A stretch of 64,000 nucleotides of DNA. Source: Nitrososphaeria archaeon (GTDB lineage Archaea; Thermoproteota; Nitrososphaeria; JACIWG01). The notes under the pieces are model-generated. The model did not search any database and was not told the DNA's origin. It saw only the letters and a list, made by a program, of their open reading frames with translations. Position numbers and translations under genes: made by a program. Location of the stretch: positions 1 to 64,000 of the forward strand of contig JBEKIG010000016.1 in assembly GCA_050011875.1 (NCBI GenBank), read 5' to 3'. Of the stretch, positions 40,058-50,034 are shown in pieces (position 1 is the first letter of the stretch; each line of letters opens with the position of its first letter).

Positions 40058-40783
40058 TTAGAATAGACTCGCTAATTCTGGCGGTGTAGTCCAATGGTCG
40101 AAAGTGCTAGGGTCTATTTCAAAAGAAATGATCTTACTTTTATCAAGTATATTCTGAACGGTTAGGAATAGAGGCACATGATAGGTTAATGCGTCCCTTA
40201 TCTCTGGCCCTAGATCTTCTCTTTTAATTGTTCTACAATGTGATCCTGACCTTCTTTGTTTGTCTAATTTGAAGGCTTTAAAACTCTCTACTTTCAAAAG
40301 TTTATCCTTCATGTCATATATTAGAAGATCGCTTTTATCATGCACATAACCAGCTATCACCTTATAGCCTAGACTCTCCCAGAGTTTAACTCTCTCATTC
40401 TGCAAAGAAATACCATCTTGATAAAGTTCTTCTCCATTAGGCTTTCTGGCTTCTTTTTCAATTATTATAGCCTCATTCTCGTACTCATCTGGGAAAAGGT
40501 TTTGGTGAACAGATAAACATTCTTCTTGAGATAAAATCATCTGGCCTACATCTTCACCATTCTGGCCAATAAAAACCAGTAGACCTTTACTCATGTCTGG
40601 CTCATGGAATAAAGTGTAAGTTGAAGCATGAAATTCTATAATTTTAGGAATAATCTTTTCAACCATAAACTTATTAAAATCAAATTTAGCTATCTCCATA
40701 AATACAGAGTGCAACCATGCACTTATAAGCATAGTGTTGGCTAAACAATGAGGATACAACACTAACATAATCCAAAAGCACAC
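40058..40783 (-). CDS. Hypothetical protein with Hjc-like PD-(D/E)xK nuclease motif; start uncertain
   Basis: ERVKLWESLGYKV...KSDLLIY...KVESFK; paralogous fragment at 32006 conserves the protein sequence. Confidence 0.6.
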   Translation of the reverse strand: MCFWIMLVLYPHCLANTMLISAWLHSVFMEIAKFDFNKFMVEKIIPKIIEFHASTYTLFHEPDMSKGLLVFIGQNGEDVGQMILSQEECLSVHQNLFPDEYENEAIIIEKEARKPNGEELYQDGISLQNERVKLWESLGYKVIAGYVHDKSDLLIYDMKDKLLKVESFKAFKLDKQRRSGSHCRTIKREDLGPEIRDALTYHVPLFLTVQNILDKSKIISFEIDPSTFDHWTTPPELASLF

Positions 40784-41068
40784 TTATCTGCAGTTGTGGG
40801 GGTTGGGTGGCGTGCGTGTGTGGGGAAGTTGAGGGTTCATAGGGGAAAGAGTGTCGAAGATACAATGGTTTAAGCTTGTTATATCATGGTGTCCTGGGCC
40901 TAGATCTATATGTTTGCTTTATGCTTGTTTCTGTCAAGTCACAGTCTAAATGTTTAATTCAAATATAGAATATATGAAGTAATATCATATCTGATAAGTG
41001 TGCTGGTAGGGTTGGAAATTTCACTTTTTTGACGTTTTATCTTTTGCTTTTAGTCTATCTGATAGCGC

Positions 41069-41489
41069 TTATTCTATTAAGATAAGGCTGTAATAGTTGC
41101 CTTCACATGTTTTATCTTTGACTACCTTGATCGGGAATCCATTAGCTCTAGCTGTCTCATACACGTCTATGCCTGCAGCTTCCATAGCCATCCAGAAATA
41201 TTTCACGTTCGAGTGTTGGCACGATTTTCTTGGTAACTTCCTCGCTTTTACTATGCATCAATAACGCGTACTTGTAATCGTTTATCGCCTCTTGTGTCTC
41301 ATTTGGTTTTGGGGAGTATGGTGGGCAACATAGATAACTGCCATAACTGCTGCATCCGTATTGGCATCTCAAGCGGGTCCACGCTGCCGTCTTTATAGTG
41401 GAAGCCTTTACGATTTTCGCATCATATGCTCCTAATTCTTTGGAGCGATCGACGAACTTTACAAGTTGCCCTCTCCCAGAGTCTTTCAT
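41069..41489 (-). pseudogene. DUF2284 metal-binding protein with internal deletion and frameshift
   Basis: RLRCQYGC..YG..LCCPP...LEREIFLDGY joined out of frame to MEAAGIDVYETARANG...YYSLILIE*; the Cys-rich middle is missing. Confidence 0.85.
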
Positions 41490-41654
41490 TGTCCTTGTTT
41501 AATTTTGGCTGATTTAAAAGGTTATTATTATTAAAGGTCCAATTAACCTACATAGAATATAAAGGATTCAAAGAATTAAAGGCAATATATGAGCTATCAA
41601 AAACATACTCAGAAGATTTTAAAACTGATAATCAAAAAAATAGGGGAAAGGCAT

Positions 41655-41734
41655 GTTTCCATGAGCTTCGCGTTTTCAGCAACTTTCTCTTTTGATGGCA
41701 TCTGCCTGAACTTCGCTAGACTGATAAAGATCAT
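41655..41734 (-). pseudogene. Possible 5' fragment of a GYD-domain protein
   Basis: MIFISLAKFRQMPSKEKVAENAKLME resembles the N-terminus of archaeal GYD-domain proteins (recalled, not searched). Confidence 0.4.
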
Positions 41735-41919
41735 TTTATTACTTAACCATTAGAAAGAACCTTCTCCCTTATAAGATTATTAAATCTTCACAACTAGCTA
41801 CTACTTTCTTTTTTTGATTTGTATATTTCTATAATATAGCTATAAATATATTATAAATAAGATTCTAACCTACTATATCTATATCTATATTATATCTATT
41901 AGATATTTTAGTTATGTTA

Positions 41920-42318
41920 TTAGGTGTTGGAATTTTTTTCCTTTTCCTGTTTGAATACTTCGCATTGAGGTAGGTGTTCGCCTAGAGCTTTTAATCCCTT
42001 AAATTCTTTCCAGCAGTAAGGACACTTTGTCAAAGTTATTTTTTCTATCACTTTCACGGTTGGTATTTGAACGTTTTTCTCTATGATCTGCTTCTCATGT
42101 CTTTTGTTAAAGTCTTCCATGTATTTTTCTAGTCTTTTTTGGTCGGCCAAAATATATAGAACCATATCTGAAAGGAACTGGTTTGAAGCTAGGATGTTTA
42201 TGTATGGTGCCCAAAGTCTTTCTATTAGACTTTGGTGTTCGTGAGAGAACCATATAACATTCGATTTCTGGGTATATGGCAGGTGTTGTTTAACCTTGAT
42301 TTTACCCAACTTGTTCAC
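41920..42318 (-). CDS. Hypothetical protein with C-terminal C2HC zinc finger
   Basis: KCPYCWKEFKGLKALGEHLPQC; GTG start; operon-like with the two upstream ORFs. Confidence 0.7.
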   Translation of the reverse strand: MNKLGKIKVKQHLPYTQKSNVIWFSHEHQSLIERLWAPYINILASNQFLSDMVLYILADQKRLEKYMEDFNKRHEKQIIEKNVQIPTVKVIEKITLTKCPYCWKEFKGLKALGEHLPQCEVFKQEKEKNSNT

Positions 42319-42321
42319 CTT

Positions 42322-42612
42322 CTATCGTTTAGGTTTTCTTCCTATCGTTTTATTATCTGAATCAAATATCCAGTAGAAGAAACCTTCCTTAACGATCTTA
42401 CCTTTATGATTTTCTAGGTCCTTGAGTAAGTTCTGATATTCTATGCTATCGTTTTTTTCTAATTTCTCATATAAACCGTTTTTCCCTTCTGTTTGAACCC
42501 ACTTATTACATTCGACCTTCTCAGAAATCTTATTGCCTTTTATTTCTGAGCATATTTTTAAAATTTCATCCAATTTCTTATCTAGAAATTCCAAGAAATC
42601 TTTTTCATCCAT
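42322..42612 (-). CDS. Small hypothetical protein of the element
   Basis: 96 aa; start overlaps the AbrB stop; ends FFYWIF....IGRK. Confidence 0.65.
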   Translation of the reverse strand: MDEKDFLEFLDKKLDEILKICSEIKGNKISEKVECNKWVQTEGKNGLYEKLEKNDSIEYQNLLKDLENHKGKIVKEGFFYWIFDSDNKTIGRKPKR

Positions 42613-42781
42613 TCTTATCCCTCTCGATATAAGGCTTGATCTTGAGCTCGCCGTTAACTTCCATCAAAACTTTCTTGATCTTATGCCCTGTTTGGCTTTC
42701 ATAAATTTCGAGCCAACTCTTAGGCAGAGTGATCGCTCTGCTATATTTACCTAGTGAGATGACAGCTTTTTTAATTGGCAT
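42605..42781 (-). CDS. AbrB/MazE/SpoVT-family DNA-binding protein
   Basis: MPIKKAVISLGKYSRAITLPKSWLE...VLMEVNGELKIKP; ATG at 42781. Confidence 0.8.
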   Translation of the reverse strand: MPIKKAVISLGKYSRAITLPKSWLEIYESQTGHKIKKVLMEVNGELKIKPYIERDKNG

Positions 42782-42860
42782 GATTTCAGCAAGGTATATA
42801 TTTCTATTATACTTTAAAAAATTAGAACGTAGATTGGTCAACGATTCTAAAGGTCAAAAC

Positions 42861-43496
42861 GTGGACGAAGCAAAAAAGGTAAAATCGAATATCAGAATAG
42901 GGATATTTCGTGGCATAAAATCGGAAAGAAATAAGGTGATATTAAAGAAAATAATGTTTGAAAAGTATATCAATAATGAGAAAAACTTGACCACTAAAAA
43001 AATAATTGAAATTATAAGAAAAGAAGAAGGGGATAACTATAAAACTGTCCAAAAATGGGTTTCATTGAGGCTAAAAATACTTGAGGAAAGGGGATATATC
43101 CATAAGAAAGAAAATGGCTCTTGGTCTTTTTCCTTTAAAGGTATATCAGTCACTTTGACTTTGTTAGACAATATACAACCGTATATTCCATTTCTTAAAG
43201 AAGAAATAATTGAAGTTATTGCAATTGAGGAGGCTAAAGGAGGATTATATAAACCGAAAAAGATGAAAATAAGTGAGTGGAACGCTCTTAAAGAAAAGTT
43301 TAGATCATATGAATTTTTTAAATTTTTAAGAGAAAAAACAAACGAGTGGATTCTTGATCATTTTGACTTGGATGAATGGGATGACAGAAAATTTATATTG
43401 CATCTAGTAAATGAAATTGAACTTCAAGCCCTTGAGAAAAAGCATGGTATTTTCAAAAACTATGATCTTCAATCGAAGTTTTATCTTGGTAAATAA
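42861..43496 (+). CDS. Winged-helix DNA-binding protein, divergent from the AbrB gene
   Basis: LTTKKII...YKTVQKWVSLRLKILEERGYIHK...WSFSFKG wHTH; likely GTG start 42861. Confidence 0.7.
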   Translation: MDEAKKVKSNIRIGIFRGIKSERNKVILKKIMFEKYINNEKNLTTKKIIEIIRKEEGDNYKTVQKWVSLRLKILEERGYIHKKENGSWSFSFKGISVTLTLLDNIQPYIPFLKEEIIEVIAIEEAKGGLYKPKKMKISEWNALKEKFRSYEFFKFLREKTNEWILDHFDLDEWDDRKFILHLVNEIELQALEKKHGIFKNYDLQSKFYLGK

Positions 43497-43665
43497 ATAA
43501 TCAATAAAGTAAAAGTATTCTTTTTTATTGTGTGCATAATTTAATAAAAAAGTTGATGATATATATGGCTTTCAGACTGTGAATTTTCTTGAATAGGGTG
43601 CAACTCATTTGATGTCTTTATTTTATAAAAATACTCAAAGAAAACAAATAATTTATTTTGTCTAT

Positions 43666-44205
43666 TTACGCAGAAATATTCGACCATTCATCCCGCAATA
43701 TGCTGTAGAAATAAGTATTGTGGAAGGAGCCGTTTCTGAATAAGGCTTTTCTCATCTCTCCCTCCTTCACAAAACCATTTTTTTCCATAACTCGTTGGGA
43801 CGCCAGGTTTCCAACATCTGTCGTTGCTTGAATCCTCTGCATATTCCTTGTTAAAAAGAGGTATTCAACAATGAGCTTAACTGCTTCAGTGCCGTATCCT
43901 TTATTCCGTTCATTCTCAGAGTGTAACTGGAAACCGATTTCTATATTTTGCATAACGGGATGAACCGTGTAGTACACCACTATGCCTAATTTTGCTTTAT
44001 CCTCATTTCTTTCAATAATGAAGACTGTAAATTCATTCGGTCCTATCTCTTCCCTAAACCATTTTTCTACTTCACCCCAACTTGCCAATTGAAAAGCATC
44101 AAACTCACCTGCAATATTAGGATCATTTACCATACGGTAGATGTCACGAACGTCATCCTGTTCGAGTGGGCGAAGACGTATTTTTACACCTTGTAATAGC
44201 ACCAT
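43666..44205 (-). CDS. RimJ/RimL-type GNAT acetyltransferase
   Basis: IRLRPLE, EIGF, RNKGYGTEA, NLASQRVMEKNGF..EG. Confidence 0.92.
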   Translation of the reverse strand: MVLLQGVKIRLRPLEQDDVRDIYRMVNDPNIAGEFDAFQLASWGEVEKWFREEIGPNEFTVFIIERNEDKAKLGIVVYYTVHPVMQNIEIGFQLHSENERNKGYGTEAVKLIVEYLFLTRNMQRIQATTDVGNLASQRVMEKNGFVKEGEMRKALFRNGSFHNTYFYSILRDEWSNISA

Positions 44206-44513
44206 TGAGATTCCCCCTTGTTATGATGCACAAGGCTCACATATAACGTTAAAAGGAAAAAATTTCTGTAATATTATTTAACGGATTTATTAGGTGCCAA
44301 GAAATCGAACTGAAACTACTTATCTCAGATATTCTTACAGCCGTACCAGTATACCTTATAGGCAGACGCTTCCTTAGAGAATGATACGCCTTCCTCGGAT
44401 CCAGCCTATTCTCACTGGCGCCGATAAACTTGGCTTCCGTAGACAATTGATGCAAAAGCTTTTAGAACAGGCGTAAACCTAAACTGTGAACTGCAGAGGT
44501 TGATGCGTTTTAC

Positions 44514-45164
44514 ATGACTTACATAGTTCCTTTGTTGGTTGGAGCAGCGCTTGTTGGAGTTTTGCATATGTCAGCTCCAGACCACTGGGTTACTCTCTGC
44601 ATTCTTAGTCGGGCATCAGGTTGGAATAGAAAAAAATTGTTCGGCGTATCACTTGCAACAGCGACAGGCCATGCTGTCCTTTCGGCGGCATTGGGATTTG
44701 GAATCGCTGTAGCAGGACTATTGTTCTCAAGGCTGATATCTTCCTACATTTCATACGCTGTTGGATTTGTAATGCTTGCAGTTGGTCTTTTCATTGGTGC
44801 CAGGGCTCTTGTGTCTAAAAAGAAAAGAGAGGTTACCCCAGAAGAGAAATTACTTGAGAAGAAGGAAATAAAGCATGAGTCGAGACTCAATGGAATTGGT
44901 TACTTTGCTGTCCTTGGAGCAGCACTATCTCCCGACCTAAGCATCACACCTATCTTCCTCGCTTCCATTCCAGTTGGTCTGGTATTTGCATTCTATCTTC
45001 TCATCATCTTTGTGGTAACGTCAATTCTCGCTCAAGTGGTTCTCGTTCAAGTTGGCATCAAAGGACTTGCTAAAACATTTGAGCATATTCCTGAGAAATA
45101 CAATGATTCTATTGTAGGCTTCATTATCGCTGCCATCGGAATCTACATCATATTTGCTGGCTAG
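44514..45164 (+). CDS. Putative Ni/Co transporter (RcnA/UreH-like)
   Basis: HMSAPDHW metal motif in TM1, GH in TM2, about 6 TM helices. Confidence 0.65.
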   Translation: MTYIVPLLVGAALVGVLHMSAPDHWVTLCILSRASGWNRKKLFGVSLATATGHAVLSAALGFGIAVAGLLFSRLISSYISYAVGFVMLAVGLFIGARALVSKKKREVTPEEKLLEKKEIKHESRLNGIGYFAVLGAALSPDLSITPIFLASIPVGLVFAFYLLIIFVVTSILAQVVLVQVGIKGLAKTFEHIPEKYNDSIVGFIIAAIGIYIIFAG

Positions 45165-45427
45165 ACAATCAAAATCAACGAAAGCAAACTTGGAAGGCAC
45201 CTTCGCCTCTTTGATTAGAAAGTACCAAACAAACAGCGGGTACAGCCTCAGGAATTGGCTCTCCAAATCTTAGCGCAAGATGGTAGGCCACATCATCAGG
45301 CGTGGACAGACAAACGGATTCACCGTGTAACCTATCAAAGAAGGAATGTTCTTGAACAAACTGACGTGCAGCTTGCCAAAGCATTCAAGTTCCTTAGGTA
45401 AGGTTTCTTCTACATCGCTACCTAAAA

Positions 45428-45625
45428 CTACTTTTTTTTATCTTCTATATAAGTCATAGGTGTATCACAATGAGTAGGTAAAGGCATTGAACGATCACAT
45501 GATTGACATTCGAGCCTGATCACCTTCTTCTTGATAAAACCCTCTTTAATAGGTCTCATTGGAACACCATGATGGGTTGGCACAAGCGTCCGATAACCAC
45601 AGACATGGCAAATCAATTCCACCAA
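45428..45625 (-). CDS. Small tandem metal-binding protein (desulforedoxin-like repeats)
   Basis: CHVC..PTHHGVPM and CQSC..PTHCDTPM internal repeat. Confidence 0.65.
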   Translation of the reverse strand: MVELICHVCGYRTLVPTHHGVPMRPIKEGFIKKKVIRLECQSCDRSMPLPTHCDTPMTYIEDKKK

Positions 45626-45718
45626 ATCGATGACCCACTTAACTATTGCCTTACTTCCTTTAAAAACTATTTTTTAAGAAAAAGATTTACATACAGCGCA
45701 TAAGTGACCAGTTGAAGA

Positions 45719-47245
45719 ATGAACAAAGACATCTTACTTGGAATCGATATTGGCACAACTGCCGTCAGAGCGTTCGCCTTCAATTATCAAGGCAAAATTG
45801 TCAAGGAGTCAAAGATAGAAGTAAGAGTTGAACATCCAAAACCAAGCTGGGCTGAGCAGGACCCAGACGAACTTTACGATTCCACATGTAAAGCAATCAT
45901 TGATGTAGCTAAAGCAGTTGGTGACAGGGTGAAGGCGATCGGATTCACTGGACAGATGCACGGCCTATGTATTGTCGATAAAATGGGGAGGCCTTTGACT
46001 AGACTGATTCCATGGGTCGATGTTAGGGCGGCAGAACAGGTTAACAAACTCGAGGAAAAGATAGGCGCGGAAGAATTGTACAGGAGAACAGGGTGCCCTC
46101 CATTGTTCATTTATCTTGCACCAAAGATACTCTGGATGAGAGAGAATATGCCAGACATATTCTCAAAATGCCATAAAATAGTAACAGCTCAAGACTATGT
46201 TATTTTCAGGCTCTTTGGAGACTATTATACAAACCCGTCTTTGGCATCGGGGTCGCAGCTACTCAATATAACATCGATTAAGTGGGATAGCAGGTTGCTC
46301 GAGGCTGTTGGAATCGATGAGTCGATGCTACCAAATCTTGTTGAAGGAGACACCGTTTTCAACAAATTACCGGGGAGTGCGGCTCAAAATCTGCATTTAG
46401 CGGAGGGCCCCCCCGTCGCATTAGGAGCTTCTGATGGGGCTCTATCAAATGTTGGCCTTGGAGCTGTAGCAGAAGGCGTCGGCGCATTCAGTCTAGGCTC
46501 CAGCGGCGCAGTTAGGACAGTTTCAAAACATCCAATCTGGGATAAGAATATGAGGTTCTTCTGCTACTATATAGCTTCTCGAAATTGGCTTACAGGTGGG
46601 GCTGTAAATAATTGTGGCATTGTCTTAAGATGGTTCAGAGAAAACTTTGCAGAAAAAGAAGTGGAAGAAGCGAAGAAAAGGGGGGTAGATGCTTACACTC
46701 TTCTGGATGAGCAGGCAGCTAGAGCACCGCCAGGATGCAACGGTTTGATGTTCCTGCCTTTTATGTCTGGTGAAAGGTTCCCCATTAGGGACCCTTACGT
46801 AAGAGGAATGATATTTGGTTTAAGTTTAGGTCACGGGAGGCCACATATCATAAGGTGCATGATGGAGGGTGTAACTTTCACTTTACGATGGATACAGGAT
46901 GCCATAGAGGAATATGCCCCCATCGAATCTTTGAAAGTAAGTGGAGGAGGAGCTAGATCAAGTTTATGGAGACAAATTGTTAGCGACGTCTGTGGTAAAA
47001 AAGTCATAAAGACCAATGTTGAGGAAGCATCATCTTTAGGAGCAGCTATTTTAGCTGGCATAGCTATTGGCGATTTCAAGGATATGAAGAGAGCGTCGGA
47101 TGTGTTGGTCAACAACGTTGGAGAACATGAGCCTTCATATGAAAATCATGTGCTCTACGACAAAATATTTGAGCTGTACAAAGACACCTATACAAACTGC
47201 AGAAACTACTGCCAAAGACTTTTGGAGATTGCAGAACAAAAATAA
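45719..47245 (+). CDS. FGGY-family kinase, gluconokinase-like
   Basis: GIDIGTT, LYRRTGCP, GASDGALSNVG, GSSGAVR, GGAVNN, GER.P. Confidence 0.9.
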   Translation: MNKDILLGIDIGTTAVRAFAFNYQGKIVKESKIEVRVEHPKPSWAEQDPDELYDSTCKAIIDVAKAVGDRVKAIGFTGQMHGLCIVDKMGRPLTRLIPWVDVRAAEQVNKLEEKIGAEELYRRTGCPPLFIYLAPKILWMRENMPDIFSKCHKIVTAQDYVIFRLFGDYYTNPSLASGSQLLNITSIKWDSRLLEAVGIDESMLPNLVEGDTVFNKLPGSAAQNLHLAEGPPVALGASDGALSNVGLGAVAEGVGAFSLGSSGAVRTVSKHPIWDKNMRFFCYYIASRNWLTGGAVNNCGIVLRWFRENFAEKEVEEAKKRGVDAYTLLDEQAARAPPGCNGLMFLPFMSGERFPIRDPYVRGMIFGLSLGHGRPHIIRCMMEGVTFTLRWIQDAIEEYAPIESLKVSGGGARSSLWRQIVSDVCGKKVIKTNVEEASSLGAAILAGIAIGDFKDMKRASDVLVNNVGEHEPSYENHVLYDKIFELYKDTYTNCRNYCQRLLEIAEQK

Positions 47246-47417
47246 GGAACATCCATTATCTTTTTCATGTGATATTTCTAAACGTGAAATGTAAATGTAA
47301 CACAATAGATTTTCACAATTTGTAAATTTCTTTGTCCAGTTTTCATATTAATTCAAGTTTTCACTCTAGCTGTTGCATTAGCCGCAATACTTTTCTTCCT
47401 GTTGAAAAAAAATAAAA

Positions 47418-47777
47418 TCAAGATCTGATCAGTACAAGAAGCATCTTAAACCTATTAGATGCCCTAACAGAATGAGGAGTATTTCCGGGTAACGTGACCA
47501 TTTGCCCTATTTCTAATCTGAACAAATTATCAGAAATGGTTACGGATGCTTCACCTTCAAGAATATATATCAACGCATCATATGGAGCTTTATGTTCATT
47601 CAACCCCTGCCCCTTGTCAAAGGCAAAAACAGTTATTGAACCCGCATCGTTATCGATTACAGTATGACTCACTATTGCGTCCTTCTGATATGATACTAAA
47701 TTAGCTAAATTGACTGCTTTCAAAGGCAATTTATCTTTGCCGACATCTTCTTTTATCATATATTCAAGGTTGCACAA
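47418..47777 (-). CDS. Cupin domain protein
   Basis: FAFDKGQGLNEHKAPYDA...LEG...PHSV. Confidence 0.88.
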   Translation of the reverse strand: MCNLEYMIKEDVGKDKLPLKAVNLANLVSYQKDAIVSHTVIDNDAGSITVFAFDKGQGLNEHKAPYDALIYILEGEASVTISDNLFRLEIGQMVTLPGNTPHSVRASNRFKMLLVLIRS

Positions 47778-47859
47778 ATTATTGATATTTAAGAATTCTT
47801 AATAAGGTAAGCTCGAAATTTTACATAACTTTTTTATCCCCTTAACATATAAAAGTAGC

Positions 47860-48243
47860 ATGGCGACTTTAAATGTGCCGACAGGATTACTTAAAGCAAT
47901 TCTACTCAAAGAAGCTTCAAGAGCGCCTCTCTCCGCAGTAACGCTCATAAAAAGAATATCTGAGAGAACCGACGGATTATGGCAACCTAGCCCTGGTTCA
48001 ATATATTATCTTACGAATGAGCTTGAAACCAAAAACTATTTAAAAAAACTTGAAGTGGAAAATGAGAGATATCCAAAGTATATTATTACTCCAAAGGGTC
48101 AGGAAGAATTCAACAATATTATAAATGGCTCAAACAAAGACATACTAAAGCTGGTAAAAATCTTGATATTATACTCAGATGTGATAGAAAATAGATTTCT
48201 TAAAGAAGAACTCGATAAGTTATATCAGAACTTTAATAAGTAG
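47860..48243 (+). CDS. PadR-family transcriptional regulator
   Basis: WQPSPGSIY..L..LE, YIITPKG. Confidence 0.85.
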   Translation: MATLNVPTGLLKAILLKEASRAPLSAVTLIKRISERTDGLWQPSPGSIYYLTNELETKNYLKKLEVENERYPKYIITPKGQEEFNNIINGSNKDILKLVKILILYSDVIENRFLKEELDKLYQNFNK

Positions 48244-48329
48244 ATTTTTAGTTATTTTAGAGGCCCACACGCCCCTTTTTCCTTCAGAACTGATCTTCTT
48301 ATCCTCTCACCTCCCACTTTCTGCTTTTA

Positions 48330-48551
48330 ACCGAAAGTTTCAGGTCAACCCTTCGACTTTCAGTAGCTAAGTTACCCAAGCCACAGATCATGTTCGGTTC
48401 GATGACTCGAAGTTCATTTCCTCGGGCGCAAACAGAATCTTCAAGTGCTCCCGAACAGCGGATTTCCGACATCCACCTCCATGGTGGTAGATGCACGCGC
48501 ATGAACCGTTCGAATGCCATTGATTCAACTGTTCGCTCAGGACGTATGAGC
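48330..48551 (-). ncRNA. Candidate structured non-coding RNA
   Basis: GC-richer intergenic block with several adjacent hairpins whose G-U pairs work on the minus strand; no family recognised. Confidence 0.3.
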
Positions 48552-48903
48552 TTAATACTATTAATATTACCGTGTTTTATTATTTGGAACAAAAATTTTA
48601 TATGACTTAATGGATAAAATTTGTTGACTGTTCGTCTCATAGATAGAGGTTAAATAAAATATATCATTAACAGTACAATATCTGTTTAATAACTGCCAAG
48701 AATTAGCATTTGCGAATAGCAGATTCTAACATTGACAGTTTTACCGGTGAGAAATGATGAGTAAGATAGATATATTAGAACGGGAATTATAAATTGACCT
48801 GAAACACAATTTTCTCATTCACATTGTGAACTAGATAATCTAAATATGAAAAAAAATGGAGATAAATTCAAAGCTTAAATCATACACCTACCCATTCTTG
48901 GCT

Positions 48904-50034
48904 ATGGTTAACCTTTTTGGACGCGCATATAAAAAAGAAGACTTACTTAGACGCATTGGAAACGTTGATCAAGTTGGCGGCGTAAAGATTATTGAGCTTA
49001 CGGAGAGTGTTGAACGCGGTGTTAGGACAGCTATTGTAAGAACAGGTGAATTGAACTTTCTCGTTGCAATAGATAGAGCGATGGACATTGTTAATGCCGA
49101 TTACAAGGGCATCCCATTAGCTTTTATAAGTCCGACGGGAATAGCCGCGCCTAGCTTTTTTGAACCGGAAGGATTAGGATGGACTAGAGGTTTTCCAGGA
49201 GGACTTCTTACAACATGTGGTTTAACATACGCTGGGGCACCCACAATTGATCAGGGTGAACAACTGGGATTGCATGGAAGGATTTCATACAGTCCAGCTA
49301 AGCTGATCTTTGCGGGCGGATATTGGAAGAACGATGAATATACAATCGCTTTGGAAGGGGAAGCAAAAGAGGCCGTAATCTTTGGAGCTAACCTCACTAT
49401 TAGGCGAAGATTAGAAGCCACGTTAGGCGGGAAACGTATAATTATCAAAGACAAGGTGACCAACGAAGGATGGAGTAGGCAACCCCTTATGATGATTTAT
49501 CACATGAACTTTGGCTTCCCAGTTCTTGATTCGAATTCTAAGCTGGTCTCTACATCGCATCTATTTTTCCCGAGAGATGGGGAAGCAAAAGCTGGGGCTG
49601 AGAAATTTAATGAATTCCAGAATCCAACAAAAGGCTTTAACGAGAAGGTCTATATCCACGACCTGTTAGCGGACAAAGATGGATACGCATACTCGGCTGT
49701 AATAAACAAGAAATTGTTGGGTGGTCTTGGCACGTATATAAAGATACGGAAGAAGGACCTTTCCAAACTTATCGAATGGAAGATGATGGGTGAAGGAACT
49801 TATGTGCTCGGTATGGAACCGTCTAATGGCTTTGTTATGGGAAGAGACAGAGACAGAGCTCTGGGAACACTGCAGTACATAGAACCTCAAGAAGAGAAAG
49901 AATTCTTTGTTGAGACAGGAGTTCTTGAAGGAGAAGAAATAAACTCGTATGAAGAAATGGTCTATGGCATAACTGGGAAGGAAAAACCTGAGATGGTGGA
50001 GGACGTAAGAGAATTCCTAAAAAAAGTAAAATAG
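48904..50034 (+). CDS. DUF4432/aldose-1-epimerase-like protein
   Basis: DRAMDI, GGLLTTCG, LHGRIS, YHMNFGFP, YVLGMEP; ATG 48904. Confidence 0.88.
   Translation: MVNLFGRAYKKEDLLRRIGNVDQVGGVKIIELTESVERGVRTAIVRTGELNFLVAIDRAMDIVNADYKGIPLAFISPTGIAAPSFFEPEGLGWTRGFPGGLLTTCGLTYAGAPTIDQGEQLGLHGRISYSPAKLIFAGGYWKNDEYTIALEGEAKEAVIFGANLTIRRRLEATLGGKRIIIKDKVTNEGWSRQPLMMIYHMNFGFPVLDSNSKLVSTSHLFFPRDGEAKAGAEKFNEFQNPTKGFNEKVYIHDLLADKDGYAYSAVINKKLLGGLGTYIKIRKKDLSKLIEWKMMGEGTYVLGMEPSNGFVMGRDRDRALGTLQYIEPQEEKEFFVETGVLEGEEINSYEEMVYGITGKEKPEMVEDVREFLKKVK

Larger units (their letters stand above)
38050..43500. mobile_element. Integrated, partly eroded plasmid- or provirus-like element; boundaries approximate
   Basis: Integrase, Hjc-like nuclease, AbrB, wHTH, Zn-finger and orphan ORFs with AT-rich tracts between housekeeping genes; no att repeat identified. 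Confidence 0.65.

Noticed and set aside
38040-43660. attL/attR direct repeats or a tRNA target for the element
   Set aside because: No convincing direct repeat or tRNA sequence found by eye at either end.
48299-48640. 113-aa (-) and 71-aa (+) ORFs
   Set aside because: No recognisable motif or RBS; treated as a possible RNA instead, though a gene remnant is not excluded.
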